Assembly (NCBI GenBank): GCA_002104905.1
Contig: MCFE01000305.1
Location: 35,064-99,063 of the forward strand
Direction: 5' to 3'
DNA: 64,000 nucleotides
DNA from: Basidiobolus meristosporus CBS 931.73
Taxonomy: Eukaryota > Fungi > Basidiobolomycota
The notes under the pieces are model-generated. The model searched no databases. It saw only the letters and a program-made list of their open reading frames with translations, and had not been told where the DNA came from. A program made the position numbers and the translations under genes. Within the stretch, counting starts at the first letter, position 1. Each line of letters opens with the position of its first letter. Below are positions 39,121 through 49,265 of the stretch, one piece after another.

Positions 39121-39751
39121 ATGTCCGAAACCATCCAAGAAACCCTGGAGAGATACGAGAAGTTTGTCAATGAAAGACTCAAGGTGGATCTCAAAGACAC
39201 GCTTGATTTGCGGGATCAGGTGTACGACAAGATGTCTGACTAGTAAATATTCCCTTTTTTCCTTCCAAAAGCTCGACTTTTTGACACCCCTTCGCGCATA
39301 GCCTAAAGCTGAGATCCCAAGTGGAGACGCTGAAAGATAATAATGTTAAGGAAATGAAGACTATGGTCGACTTGGGTTCCAATTTCTATGCCCAAGCAAA
39401 AATGTATTTCCTCTTCTGCAGACCTTGCCTCTTGTACTCTTTATTCATACTTCCTTTTTCTAGCCCGGACACGACCTACATTTACGTTAATGTTGGCTAC
39501 GGCTTTCATGTCCAATTAACACTATCAGAAGCCTTGGACTTTATAGAGAAGAAAGAAAGAAATCTTCAAAAGTAAGTGCTACGACCATAAAAACATCCTC
39601 TCACTTAGCCATTCACCCATCTGCTACTAGGGTTGCTGATCAATACACCACAGAGGCCAGTAAGATCAAGGCACACATCAAAATGGTCTTGGAGGCTATC
39701 GCCGAAGTGTTGCAGATTGAGCAGCAAGAAGCCCAAGCTCGCACTGTCTAG
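39121..39751 (+). CDS. UXT: UXT-like alpha-class prefoldin protein (4 exons)
   Basis: YEKFVNERLKVDL, MKTMVDLGSNFYAQAK, IYVNVGYGFHVQLTLSEALDFIEKKE and KIKAHIKMVLEAIAE. Short GT-AG introns. Confidence 0.85.
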
Positions 39752-39935
39752 TGGAGCAGAATCATTAGAGGTAGAATAGGCACATAATACTCGCGAAGCA
39801 TCTATTATCCAAACACGAATATACTGGTTGTAATGGATTCATGCGTAATATATTAAAAGCGATAATAGACATCGAAAACTATTTCTACTTAAAGGAAGGA
39901 ACTCAGGTACCAAAGGTAAAAAGCAAGCAGGAAAC

Positions 39936-40145
39936 TCAGAAGTCACACATGATGTGGTCGCCTTCATCATCTAGTACACACACGGTTCCAGCACCACATC
40001 TTTTCTCGGTCCATTCATCTCGTGTGCAAGTGTAGAACACACCGGGATCCTCGGAGTCACACATCATATGGCCTTCAGTACATCCCCCGAGCGCAACATC
40101 GAGAGTAAGAGCTAGTAACAAAGGGATGAAGCAGAGTCCTCTCAT
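39936..40145 (-). CDS. Small secreted cysteine-rich protein, CBM19-like chitin-binding pattern
   Basis: A signal-peptide-like N-terminus is followed by 6 Cys in a C..G...C...F..C...W...C..GT.C pattern. Confidence 0.7.
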   Translation of the reverse strand: MRGLCFIPLLLALTLDVALGGCTEGHMMCDSEDPGVFYTCTRDEWTEKRCGAGTVCVLDDEGDHIMCDF

Positions 40146-40344
40146 TTGATGCGTATCTGGAGGCTCTAGAGGGACTTTATATAACTGGTGCCCTATGCGG
40201 TATGCAAGCCAAGGTGGGGTGTCTATTTCGGGCTTTCAACCATGTAGCATTACTGCTGGTAATGAGAGTAAAGCCTGTAGTAAAGCCTGTGGTAAAGCCT
40301 AGCAGGCTTGATTTATTTATCAATAGGAAATAATTATGCAGGAA

Positions 40345-41405
40345 CTAATTAAATGCGAGCCAAAAGGTTGTCCCCAGCCAACCTAAACCAATTATCCCCA
40401 CGACCAGGGAGCAAGCACCACTCTGGATCTTGACAGGATTGGACTTGGTTCGAGAGGTGAGTGCCAGTTCCGTGCCGTTCACCAGCAATACCTCCGGGTG
40501 GATCCCCGTGGTCTCCAAAAGGTACTCCAGGTGGGTCGAAACCCTGGTATAGAAACCCAGACTCTCGAAGCTTCCGCACTCGACATTCTTCCGTTGTAAC
40601 ATGCTTACGCCGAAACTTGTGATCCCGTACAGGCTTGGGGCCTTTGCTTTGGGATCGGTGAGGGGGTGTTGCACCAAGGGGCCGCCCGAGTCTCCTGCAC
40701 AAGTATCCTTTCCTGGGGTGAACCCCGTACAGATGAAATCCCCGTTGTGGTCCTCAAAATCTGGAATGATGGACTGGCAAGGAAATGTTGGTGAGGTGGT
40801 GATGTTGACCGATAAGAGAACTGCCGAGGACTCTGTCCATTCGGTCTGACCCCAGCCCAGAGCCAGAAAAGTCTGGAAGTTGTGGATGGGGCTTGGGTTC
40901 ACTTGGATCGGTTGGACCGTGGCGTTATAACTCAACGGCGTGTCTAAACGTAGCACAGCTATGTCGTACTATTCCATAGGAAGGTCAGTACACTCATCGG
41001 ACCAGAACAGATACATGATGGGCTTACAAGATATGTTTCAGGCTGATACTTCGGATGAACAAACACTTGGCTGACTCCAACCGCGTTTGCCGAGTCCCCG
41101 TTGGATGTCCCTACTACAACTTTCACCTGCTCCGGTTGGAAAGTCGGTAGATTTGGCGGTAGAAACACGCCGTTCTGAAAATCTATCAGGCAATGGGCTG
41201 CAGTAAGGATCCATTCATGGTGGATGACACTGCCCCCACAGGACGCAGTCCCACGTATAAACAGATGGGCTAGAAATGGAAACTCTCCCGTGTATGATGC
41301 AACACCTCCTCGTATGCTGCTTTTCCCGGGCCTTGATACCACTTGAGTATCGCCGAACACGAATGGAAGAAACATCAGCAGCAAAGCAACGATGTCAGGG
41401 ATCAT
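40345..41405 (-). CDS. Trypsin-family (S1A) serine protease with signal peptide and probable GPI/TM C-terminus, 1 intron
   Basis: Catalytic triad: WILTAAHC; YDIAVLRL after an intron at about 40970-41027 (GTAAGC...TAG); DTCAGDSGGPL. The N- and C-termini are hydrophobic. Confidence 0.9.
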
Positions 41406-42227
41406 GGTTGAGATGAAGGGGTTGCGGTAAATAATCTTGGCCCCTGCCACTTGGCGCCTATATAACCAACCAGGAAATCTTCCGAATCTCTTCATCCATT
41501 GTTAGGGCTCACGTCGTGTACACACCTTCACAATGGAACGATTCGCAGTATATATGGCATGTATTCCTTCATAATGGATTGATTAGCAGTACAAACAATC
41601 TTCACCGCCATTATTACGAGCAACGTGACACCAAAGCAACTCTCCCTTCCCCCAGCTTGGAAAATGTCAAGCCCAGTCAGTGTGATGCTCGGCAGTGGAG
41701 AGAACAATGGAGGTAAGGAAATAATGCAAATCGGAAAGATTGCGATGGTTTTGGGGTTGGTTTGTGATGATGTTGCACCAAGGTTTATGCTTATTGATGT
41801 TAGCCAATTGTGGGAACTGACAAATAGCCCCAGCTACACAGCATTCGAAGATCTTCTCGCTCAGATCCTGCTCATGCATGCTATCAAACCACCCTTAGCC
41901 TTGCCCTTATCCCTCCCTCTTCATCCTGACATATGATATTGGGCAACCCTAGCCCTTAGCGAAAATCCTGGTTACTAAGACGTATTATAACGAGGTCCAC
42001 ATCGAATGGTCGTAACACATCATGTCTCGGTGCAGGCCAATAGGATAGGCTCAAAGGAGAACCTGTCCCACTCATGTCCTCGTTCTCAGGTGATGTATGT
42101 TCTCACCTGCTACTATTCTAATCCCACCACGTAGCGATTTGAATTGGCAATCCATACGTGATCACTGAGAATCACTATAAATACAATCTCCCCTTTCGTT
42201 CGCTTTGGTCAGTCTTACTCATTAAAA

Positions 42228-43850
42228 ATGATTCACACATCAACGCTCCCCGCGGTAGAGATTCCTGCTGCAGACATATTCACCTACATATTCGACCTCC
42301 CCAGTGATCACTCGCCTGATACCATTGTCATCGTGGATGGCTCCACTGACAAAGCATACACCTTCGCGGACATCAAAAACAACTCCTTGGCCTTTGCAGC
42401 GGGGATCACGAAGAAATACAAGTTTAAGCGGGGAGACATCGTCGGCATTTTCGCTCCAAATGCTGCTGAATATTCTACCATCTGCTTTGGAACCCTTGCC
42501 GCTGGTGGGGCAGTCACCACAGCCAACCCAAGCTACACTCCTGAAGAGTTTGGCTATCAACTGAAACAAACGAAGCCAAGGATAATCGTTACATATTCTG
42601 CGCTGGTTCCTGTTGTGGAAAAGGCCATGAAGTTGTCGAAAGTGAGGAGCGCTATCGTTACTTTTGATAACACTGACAACAAGGCGATCCCTTCGATCTT
42701 CCAGGTGATGTCCGACCACAAAAACTTCAAGCGAGTGGTGGTTGAACCAAGCAAGCTAAGCACTACGGTTGCTTATATATGTTACTCCTCTGGGACCTCA
42801 GGAAACCCCAAGGGTGTGCTGCTTTCCCATAGAAACGTGGTCTCCAACATTCAGCAGCAGCGAGATGTCGCATTCGGGAAAAATAACGAGATCATTATCG
42901 GAGCACTGCCTTTCTATCACATCTACGGGCTCAGCTGCATCATGCACACCCCATTGAAACGACGCGATAAAGTGATTGTTATGCCCAAGTTCGACTTTGT
43001 CGAGTTCCTGACTTTGATTCAGAAATACAAGGTCACCACTGGTATCATCGTACCTCCAATCGCACTGGGCTTGGCAAAACACCCAATTGTCAAGGAATTC
43101 GACATCGCGTCCATCCAAAACTTCACCTGTGGTGCCGCCCCACTGGATACAAATCTTAGTAAAGCGTTGTCCGCCGCTATTAACAATGCAGCCATCAGGC
43201 AAGGGTATGGAATGACCGAGACTTCCCCGGTGTCTATCATGAGCCCCGCCCATAACCTCGTCCATGGATCCGTTGGAATGCTGGTGCCCAACCAAGAAGC
43301 CAAGATTGTTAGTCCTGACGGCAAGGAACTGGGTACAAACGAGGAAGGAGAGTTGTGGATACGCGGCCCCAATGTCATGATAGGCTACCTTCACAACCCT
43401 GAGGCGACCAAAGAGACCATTGATAGTGATGGGTTCCTTCACACCGGGGATGTCGCCAAAGTGGATGATCATGGGAACTTCTATATCACCGATAGAATCA
43501 AGGAGTTGATCAAATATAAAGGTTTTCAGGTGGCACCGGCTGAGCTTGAAGCCACCCTAATCACACACCCTGCGGTGCTGGATGCCGGCGTGATTCCCAA
43601 AGAAGACCCCCAGCGCGCTACCGAGGTCCCTAAGGCATATGTTGTGTTGGCACCAGGAGTCGACGGAACCGAAGAGCTGAAGAACGAGATAATCGCCTAC
43701 GTGGACTCCAAAGTTTCCAACCATAAGAAACTACGCGGCGGGATTGAATTCATCGAAGAAATCCCTAAAAGCGCCGCCGGAAAAATCCAGCGAAGAATTA
43801 TGAAAGAGTGGCAACGTGCCAAGGATGTCCAGTTGAAGGCCAAGCTCTAG
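42228..43850 (+). CDS. 4-coumarate-CoA ligase/luciferase-like acyl-CoA synthetase with PTS1 (peroxisomal)
   Basis: AMP-binding motifs YSSGTSGNPKGV, GYGMTE, LHTGD, DRIKELIKYKGFQVAPAELE and PKSAAGKI. C-terminal -AKL. Confidence 0.93.
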   Translation: MIHTSTLPAVEIPAADIFTYIFDLPSDHSPDTIVIVDGSTDKAYTFADIKNNSLAFAAGITKKYKFKRGDIVGIFAPNAAEYSTICFGTLAAGGAVTTANPSYTPEEFGYQLKQTKPRIIVTYSALVPVVEKAMKLSKVRSAIVTFDNTDNKAIPSIFQVMSDHKNFKRVVVEPSKLSTTVAYICYSSGTSGNPKGVLLSHRNVVSNIQQQRDVAFGKNNEIIIGALPFYHIYGLSCIMHTPLKRRDKVIVMPKFDFVEFLTLIQKYKVTTGIIVPPIALGLAKHPIVKEFDIASIQNFTCGAAPLDTNLSKALSAAINNAAIRQGYGMTETSPVSIMSPAHNLVHGSVGMLVPNQEAKIVSPDGKELGTNEEGELWIRGPNVMIGYLHNPEATKETIDSDGFLHTGDVAKVDDHGNFYITDRIKELIKYKGFQVAPAELEATLITHPAVLDAGVIPKEDPQRATEVPKAYVVLAPGVDGTEELKNEIIAYVDSKVSNHKKLRGGIEFIEEIPKSAAGKIQRRIMKEWQRAKDVQLKAKL

Positions 43851-44839
43851 TTTACCAACCTGTTGATAATAAATTATTAATTCACATTCATCACGAACGC
43901 AGTCACAAATTGAGAATCCCTGGATCTAAACCCGCCAGAAATTCCGCCATTTTAAGCGGATGGCATTGGTCAGATTTTGTTGATTTCCTACTGAGCTACT
44001 CTGGATATTTAAAGCCTACTTTGGAATTCTGAAGGAAATCTCCAAGAAGACTATTGGCTGATGGACATCGTATACATGTACCCGGCACTTTGTTGTCACT
44101 TCAACCAATCATATCGTGCTTATCACACAAAATCAGAACTGGAGCCGGAACTGGAACTGGAACTGGAACCAGGATATGCAGCCTAGCAATCGTGAGTTTA
44201 GTTTCTCGTAGTTGAAGTAAATTTGTATTGTCCATTCCTTGAATTCTCCATTAGGTGAGGTGCGTGGGATCTTTACGTTTACTCCATTAAGTTGTATGTG
44301 TAAGGAACCAGCACCATAGTCAATTCTTCTGCGATTGGTTGTAACAGGTGAGTTGCTGATAAGAAACCTGACTCGTTCCAATTAGTAGCAAGCAGAGCAG
44401 GTTCACTACAAATCAAAGAATATGCATCTTTTTTCAGGCCAGTTACTGCTTTTAGTAATCTATGCCGGAGATAGTCTAGACTGATAAGATTGATTTTGCC
44501 ATGTTGCAAGGTGTATGAGCAGCCGCTTCTTTGCTAGGCTTGAGCTTGATGAAAGAGACACTAGGGTGGAGTGTAATACGCTTTCAGGGTTCCTGGAGTA
44601 GAATGTGGTCCTTGGTGAAATGTTTGCTCGGGAGAGTTGCGGCAATAGGTATAGATGGGGAATTGGAGGGTAGTAACGCTTCGTGAACCCAAATATATTC
44701 TCGTGCATATGCGCCAATGGATGCACGACAAAATTCTTTCGGCCCTGTGTTACATATATAAAGTGCACGAAACCCCCCACTGCTCGCCTACACAAAACCC
44801 TTGACAACCTGTTCGTGACTGTTCCTCCCTTCCCCTAAC

Positions 44840-46369
44840 ATGGCTGCGTTACAGATCGCCTGTTACACAGCTAGCATTGCTTCTTGTATTATATTTGGAT
44901 GCATCGCGTTACTCTTGAGCCACAGGCTCCGAGAAAAAAACAAAGATGCCGAGTTCTTCATCACTGCCAGAGGATCACAGACGACACTCCAGGTTGCGTG
45001 CACCTTCTACGCTGCCAATATGGGAGCCTGGTACTTGACCCTTCGTATTTGAGCAAATATGTTGAATTGGCATTGACCCGTGACTTTCATTAGGACGATG
45101 TTCAGCATACCAAGCTACGCAACCACCGCGGGCCTCATCGGCATTGTTTTCTATTGTATAGCCTTGAGTTTTCCTATATTTTTTGTTGCATTTGTTGGGG
45201 GGAAAATTCAACGACAGTTCCCTAGAGTACTTTCGTTCTCACACTACGCATACCTACGCTTTGGCCCGGTGATCCAAGGCTTCGTAGGGGTGGTGATGCT
45301 GTTCAACATGGGCGTCAACCTGTCGGTTTGTTACACCTCGATTGGGGACTTCTTTGAAAGCATCGTAGGCGCCTCAAGAATCCTTGTGATTCTCGTGATC
45401 GCGTGCTCTACACTGGTCTACACCGCTACCGGCGGGTTGATAGTTTCGTTGATCACAGACCAGATACAAGCGCTCAGCAGCCTTGTGTTCGTGGTCACCA
45501 TGGTCATCTATGTGGCGGTCTCTTTTCCTCGCAAAGCACTTGAAGATAATCCGTTCCCCAACTCGCTGAAGCCTGATCCGATGGGCTACGGCTCGATAGG
45601 AGTCATGCCCATCTCGATGATTGCCTGGGCTGTGTACTACGAGGGAATGTGGCAGCGTGTTTGGGCCTCTGCCAATGACAGATCTCTGAAGTATGGTGTT
45701 CTCCTGTCCGGATTAGTTACAATCCTGGTGCTGTTCTTCTTTGGGTTTTGTGCATGCCTGGTGATATGGGCCAAATGGTATCCGGAGGACAACAGTGATT
45801 CCAACACCGTGATGTTCCTTATTCTATCCCACGGCATGAAGCAGGCTCCTACATGGATCCTCACTTTTGTCGCGTTGCTGGCTTCCACCATGTGCCAGTC
45901 TGCGGTGGACGGCTACCAAAATGCGCTGGTCGACTGTGTTACATCGATACTTCTGAAGGGAAAGAGCATGTGGTGGGGACGTCTCGCAGTGCTGATAATC
46001 AACATCCCCATCATCATTGTTGCCTTGGAAGGGTATCCGGTGCTTAATCTTTACCTACTAGCAAACCTGGTTGCTACGTGCTGTGGCCCACCAGTGCTCC
46101 TGGGTACCTTCAAGCAGATCAAAGATTATGTCACCACCGCATCGGTGCTCTTCGGATGTTTTACTGCGTTCATGTCCATTCTCGTCTACGGATACTTGCA
46201 AATGGATCACGACGTGCTCAAAGGCTTACACTACTGCTTCTTTGTGTCCTACAACTACCCACAGTTTGTTATCGCTCTCTGCTCCTCAGTCATAGGGGTA
46301 TTTGTATGGGGAGTTCCAGCCAAGTTGATCTTCGGCCCACCCGAATGTCGAGTGTTTGAAAAAGAGTGA
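44840..46369 (+). CDS. Sodium:solute symporter family transporter (1 intron)
   Basis: EFFITARGSQ, YTATGGLIVSLITDQIQ, WQRVWAS and many TM segments. A GT-AG intron lies at about 45030-45092. Confidence 0.85.
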
Positions 46370-47400
46370 TCGTATAAAGATCGATTAACCATTTTTGTTC
46401 CTAGCGATGCGCTACATTTTTGTATTTAGCCATGCCCTATTTTGGATCGGCTCGTTATCCTCAGCTCGATTAGCTTTATCAAGAAAATGCTCTTTTCCTT
46501 GCAAGCGCCTACCATACGTTGACTACGAACGACCAGTAAAAATAGGTCCTCTGCCAATGGCCGATCGTGTTTAATACTATATACGCTGAGTAGTGTTCGA
46601 TTCAGCTTGTATGTGATGCAGTTGCGAAGTTAAAAAGGTTTCCTGTTGCATATACCGTCTCCGTCACATAGGTAGTATAAAGGATCAGTGCATATATGTA
46701 GCGGTGGCGCTAGAGCATATACACTCAACTAGAGCATATACACTCATCGAGTGGTAAATCTGAGTCAAACGTATATGCTGGTAATGAACAAGTATATAGT
46801 AAGCGATGAAGAGTTTTGCAGCTGGTGTCTGATCTTGATTCCATGACATATCGTTACAATCTCCGGAATCCCGGCCATTCATTTAGCCTTATTTTTCAAC
46901 GCATACGGGCGGGGTGAAAGAGGACTGCTAGTTCCGCATGTACATAGGAAATGCACTCTTGAAATATGCAACTTCACATGTAGACTTTCCTATGCTGAGA
47001 CGACATTTCGGGTAGCTGATCCATTACTGGCCCAAGATCATCATAGAATATAATCCGAACACTTGGGCACTTCATTTCAACATCATTATTATGGCATTCT
47101 ACGCACCATTCTACATGTTGTAAATTATGTATTTACACCTAAATCTTTGCACCAACTTAGACGCTAGCTATGCACCGTATTATTTCCTGCGCAAATTCTT
47201 TGTCAGGACATTCTCACTTCCAATAACTTCATAACCAACCTGGTTTGGAGCTACATGCTCAGTAAATAGTGTTCACAGGGCCGGGGGGTGACAATCATCA
47301 ACAGGTGAGATCTACCCTTCAACAGCTCAAATTAAAGAATCGATGGGTAGCCTTTTTACAAGTCAATAAAGAAAACAGTCATTTTGAAATAGCTTAAATC

Positions 47401-47670
47401 TGTTGTCAGAGTCTTCGAGATATTGGAAGTGATTGGGAGAATAAGTGGATTATGTTGTCTTCACTTAATAATTTATCAAATGTAGAAGTAGTATTCATAC
47501 TTTTACATGGTCTTGGCAGAACAAACACATAGAATATGCTTAAAACCTCCCAAAAGCATGCCTGCAAGGTTATGGGGTTATTTGGACAACTTTAAGACCT
47601 TCATGCTCAGGGTACCTGATGTACTGATAAAAATATTTCAATTAAATCCCAACAAGGAATTTGGCTAGAG
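47401..47670 (-). mobile_element. Degenerate partial Copia family B LTR
   Basis: TGTTGTCAGAGTCTTCGAGATATTGGAAGTGATTGGGAGA... is the reverse complement of the family B LTR 3' part. Confidence 0.8.
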
Positions 47671-49265
47671 TTATTGTGTGAAGCCTGCATACACAGGAAA
47701 CAAGTTGTACAGCCAACCAAGAGCTCTGGGCTAGTCAGTGCACAAAAGAATTGGATCTGCTCACTTAGATCTATGTGGCCTGTGTAAAATGCAGCCCCAG
47801 GTGAAGCAAAGTATTTTATCAAATTTACTGATGATTACACAAGAAGCATGTGGATCAGCTTCATGGCAATAAAGGAGGAGCTCTGTCTAAGCTTAGAGAG
47901 CTTGAAGCCATAACAATGAGTTAAAGCCTAAACCAAAAAGTGAAAAATGCATATTTTTAAGTTACTGCAAAGAGAGTAAGACACAGAAAATGTATCATAA
48001 CAAAGTAGAGTAAATGATCAAGTTCACTGATGTGCTGTTTGACAAAATCTAAAGTACTTGCCAAAATTGACATACCATGATGACAAAAAGCCAATTGCAA
48101 GTTCATCAGTTGTCTGGATTGAATCAGAGCATAACAATGAATATTCATTTGCACCAGAGAGCTCTGCATCCATGGTGAAGCCGGAGCCACTGCACAGGAA
48201 TACTCCAGTGACAGTTATATGACTATCATATGGTTGAAGATTTAGCTGGACTAGAAGTAGCTCAGAATAATGTATTAATAGTGCCACATACTTAGCCTAT
48301 GCCAGTTCAGTCTTTATTAATGAAACCTAGAGAGTAAAAGAGGTCATGTATTGTCCTCAGAGCAAGTTATGAAGAGCTGCAATGACTGCAATATCATAGG
48401 TTATGATGCAAGATCAAACTTGGGACTTGGTCAGCTTTCTACCACAGACACAGAGTCTATGTCAACCCGTGTGCTTACAAAAGTTGCAATATGACTAAGA
48501 AAGCATTTAAAAGACCTAGACTTGTGACAAAAAGCTCGTATTACATCATTGTGAGATAATAAAGGATGTATATAAATAGGTAGAAAGCTAACTTTTAATG
48601 ATTGAGTTGAGAGAATTGATATCAGACATCATTTCATGTGAAAGGCTAAAGAGAATAACTTAGTTAACTTAATTATCAGTCCTACAGACACAATGATTGG
48701 AGACATATTTATCAAACCATTAACTGGAGACAAACTTGAAAATCTTAAATCTCAATTAGGACCAGTCAATATGAATATTGAGCTGTGTGGGAATGTTATG
48801 CATATTTCAGATTACTCCTGAATATTCATTCAAGTTAGTCACTCAAGTTATTACCTACAAATCTAAGAGAATTCTGACAAGATTTGCTGGCAGGATGTAC
48901 TTGGAGTATTTTTACAAGTAGCTTAAGACAAACTGGAGCTCTCAATATCACAATTGAGATAAGTTAGCATAGATACTTAGATGAGAGGGAGTGTAGTAAG
49001 CTTTATGGTTACACCAAGATATTCACCTAGCATAGCCACTTACACTTTTTCTTTGAATCCTGAAGAATTCTGGCTATTCTTCTTGTCATCATATACTAAG
49101 CATCTCTACACTAAAGTATCTGGTGTCCACAAAATCAAGTTTCTCTTAGTTGTTCAAACAGCCCCAAACTGTGCACACATGCTCTGGAAACTCTTTGTAG
49201 CAAACTCTACATGCCTGTACTGCATAGATCATTTAAAAGTAAAAATATTACTCTCACATTCAAGT
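47670..49265 (+). mobile_element. Highly degenerate Copia internal fragments (integrase, RT, RNase H) with old LTR
   Basis: Remnants CEACIHRKQ and DLCG and RNase H-like GACATATTTATCAAACCATTA are present. A PPT-like tract and an LTR-B-like sequence start at about 48794. Confidence 0.65.

Noticed and set aside
25880-42000. Isolated CCCTAA/TTAGGG-like words in the gene island (about 25910, 31620, 35650, 41945)
   Set aside because: They are one or two copies in pyrimidine-rich promoter or intergenic tracts, with no associated retroelement; expected by chance.
42240-43472. Long antisense ORFs opposite the 4CL-like gene, and similar ones opposite ADH, the zinc-finger genes and the integrases
   Set aside because: Shadow ORFs caused by codon bias of the real sense-strand genes; no motifs.
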